Positions 61,059-64,000 of a stretch of DNA of 64,000 bases are shown in pieces. The position numbers and the translations under genes are program-made. The stretch's first letter is position 1; each line of letters begins with the position of its first letter. Source of the DNA: Mobula hypostoma (lineage: Eukaryota); the NCBI RefSeq assembly GCF_963921235.1, contig NC_086108.1, forward strand, positions 21,514,001 to 21,578,000, in the 5' to 3' direction. The notes below the pieces were generated by a model. It was not told the DNA's origin, searched no databases, and saw nothing but the letters and a program-made list of their open reading frames with translations.

Positions 61059-64000
61059 CCTCTCCCCTTTAAGGATTTTTACCGGGGTAAAAATTATAAG
61101 CATGAATATATATTTAGATACACACAAATATACATCTTCATCAGCTATTTGGCTAATACAGAGAATTTTAAGTTGTCAACACCTTGACAAACAGTCAGCA
61201 ATCACATTTTTCGTTCCTTTTATATGTGTAATTTTTAATAACCCTCTCAAACCAGGCTCCAACTTAGCAGACTTCATTGTGGCCGAAGACACTGAGAATT
61301 GCGACCAGTGTAACCTCTCATTGGGTTTCGTCCCGGACCACAATAACAAGGGTCGTCCCATCCCGACTTAGTTTTCTTTAGCAAGGGCTTAGTAGGAGGG
61401 GGAGGGGTAGTACCCGCAAAGTTCTTGCAAAACTTCCTACAGTACCCCACCATCTCCAAGAGCCTTCTGAGGGCCCTCTTGTCTGTCGGGGTTGGGATGT
61501 CAGAGATATCCCGCACCTTAGCTTGCATCGCTGCCAGCTGCCCCTGTGTTACCACAATTCCCAGATAAGTGACCTTCGTGTGGCCGAACTCATTTTTTTC
61601 AAGGTTCACTATCAAGCTGGCTTCAGACAGCCGTATTACATCGCCAATATACACTTTGTGTTCTTTAGCCCTTTCGTCACTGAATTACTCATTCTATAGG
61701 GTTGTTGCTCACTAGGCTGTCCTAGCGTGACAAACACCACCCAACGTCCCAGTTCTTTGCATCGCCTCGGGACAATCAAACACGCGTGTGCGAGCCGTTT
61801 AATTAACTCTCCTAAAGGGTCGCTTTGTTCGGGGATCAAGGGAGAGATCTTATCAGCAAAGCTGGCCAAAACAATAGCCTTCTCCCATCTGGTCGGTACC
61901 ATACTCATCTTTTCAAAATGGTTTTTCCCCTTATCAGGTGGCACCCTAGTTCATTGATTTCCGCGCTAACACTGACTAGGTTTGTTAGCATATCAAAAGT
62001 CTGTGACCGTCTCAGTTCGCATCTGCAAAAATCAATAACATCCTTCCTTCTGTGCAGCCAGAAAAACTCTCTCATGGCTTCGCCGACTGTTTCCTTCAGC
62101 ACTTCAAAATGTCCACCGAGGGGTACCTTGTGGGCCAGGTTAAAAATCTCATCCCCATAACGCTTTTGCACCACCCCCCATTCCTCATCTGCGGTACTTG
62201 GTCTCCCTTCCTTCCTTAGCACCTCCCCCTTCACACCATAATTCACTGGCTCCCTTCCTAATTCTGTTTCACAGAGAGCTGTTTCCTCGTCTCGCTCCTG
62301 TGCCTGTATAAAGTCCTTCTTTTCTAATGATAAATCTACCTTAATTTCCCCACTTCCCCCTGTTTCATTACGCTCCTTCTTTTCACTTTCTACCCCCTCC
62401 TCGTACAAGGCTGGTAGAAACATCTCAGCAGTCTCTCTGGACATACAGCGAGTCACTACGCAAACAGGATGAACCTGTGAGTCCATGGGCGGGGCCTCAA
62501 TGCTGGCAGGCTGACCTGTCAATCTCACTGTCGAGAACACAATTCCCCCAGCAAGGTCATTACCGAGTACGACTTCCACGCCTTTCATTGGTAGTTCGGG
62601 CCTCACCCCTATCGTGACCGGTCCACAGACCAAGTCGCTTTGTAGGTGTATCTGGTGCAAAGGCACTGCTTCAGTCCCTTGTCCAATGCCTTTGACCCTG
62701 ACCTCCCCAGTCTGGGTCTCTGAACTAAACTCTAACACACTCTTCAATATCAATGACTGACACGCTCCCGTGTCTCTCCAGATCCGCACTGGAACTGGGT
62801 TTAACCCCTCCTTCATCGACACCAATCCGGCCGAGATAAACCTCTCGCGCCTTTCCTGAACTTTGTTAGCCCTCTCTTCTCCTAGCAGTTTGCTTACCAA
62901 CTCAATACAGCCAGTTGGGAAAGCACCTGGACGCAAAGTGTCCGGCTTTCCCACAATTATAACATACGACCCCAGGAGACTTCCTGCCAGACTGCTCCTG
63001 GTCTACCTTATCCTTCTCACTAGTCCCCGGCTTACTTCCTGACTTTTCCGGCGGACTCTCCCCGCCGTCCTGACTACCCTTCTGGTAGCCTTTACTCGGG
63101 GCAAACTTCATTTTATGCGTCAACGCGTACTCATCCGCTAACTTAGCAGTTGTGGCTAACGTGGCTGCCTCTTTCTCATCTAGGTAGGGTCTCATACCTT
63201 CAGGGACACAACCTTTAAACTGCTCAATCAGGATCAGCTGTAGCAGTCTGTCATAATCCCCATCTACCCCCTTCGAGGCGCACCAACGCTCACAATACGT
63301 CTGCATCTCACGGGCAAACTCTAAATACATGCGGTCCCACTGCTTCCTCGCATTCCGGAACCTCTGCCAGTATGCCTCCGGGACCAACTCATAAATCCTG
63401 AGGATGGCCTCTTTCACCACCTCATACCTCTGGGCATCTTCCGCGGACAAAGCCGATTAAGCTTGTTGGGCCTTTCCTTTAAGTACACTCTGAAGCAAAA
63501 CAGCCCACTTATCCTTCGGCCAGTCCTGACTTGCAGCAACTTTTTCGAAATGGAGAAAGTACCGATCCACATCGGTATCGTCAAATGGGGGAACCAGCCT
63601 AACCTCCTGGGTCGCCCTGAACCCTCCACCTTGGATCGGCATGTGCCCCTGCTCTGTCATCATCTTTAACCTCTCCAGCTTGAATTCCCTTCCCCTCTGC
63701 CTCTCTTCTCACTCCAACTGCCTCTCTCTCTCTCTTCTCGTTGCCATTCTAACTTTTTCTCTTCGTGTTCTAGCTGCTGTACCCGGAACTCGTGCTCGAG
63801 ACTCAGTTTTTCAAGCTGCACCTGTACTGCGTCTCCACCAGGTTTTCCAATAGATATCACCTCCAGCTCCCCTTGGGGAAACACACCTTTAGATATATAG
63901 TGCTCTACGATAGCTCTGTATATCCCCTCTCTCCTCATTGTCGACTTCCCCTTAACAAGATTCAACCGTTTGGCCACAGCTGCCAATTCCGCTTTCCTGG
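61059..64000 (-). mobile_element. Gmr1-like Gypsy internal region: gag (SCAN-like capsid, CCHC knuckle), protease, deleted INT/RT/RNase H; continues beyond the window
   Basis: PEAYWQRFR...LILIEQF...LADEY; CYNCGKAGHFASRC; RDTGA; AHKVPLGGHF directly after the protease; then YIGD, VTYLG, LEMVGYCRKF and HIKGTKNVIADCLSR. Confidence 0.9.

Noticed and set aside
1..64000. Prokaryotic defence system, retron or operon built around the many RT ORFs
   Set aside because: All RTs carry eukaryotic LINE, Penelope or Gypsy motifs, are fragmented, and sit in low-coding-density intronic DNA.

Overview
Vertebrate genomic DNA, not prokaryotic. The repeat set (CR1 with esterase ORF1, Rex1/Babar, L1, Penelope-like elements, Tc1, Tigger, hAT, Gmr1-like Gypsy) suggests a cartilaginous fish, probably a ray (inference). 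The window looks like intronic DNA of a large minus-strand gene that I cannot name: three short phase-compatible exons (59148-59258, 54020-54119, 26916-26983) and a possible fourth (12579-12647). Most of the rest is nested transposable elements, and most ORF-track entries are TE fragments or spurious. Most notable: (1) an ~11.6-kb L1 insertion whose ~4.8-kb 5' part is inverted, with the geometry expected from twin priming and a 9-bp TSD inside a CR1; (2) five intact or near-intact minimal hammerhead ribozyme motifs in Penelope-derived repeats; (3) a Penelope-derived insertion made of a 198-bp in-frame unit x3.2 between inverted ends; (4) a SCAN-capsid Gmr1-type LTR element with a gutted pol, plus a solo LTR of the same family. 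No CRISPR arrays, rRNA or bona fide tRNA genes seen. Coordinates were read by eye, and TE boundaries without a TSD are approximate.
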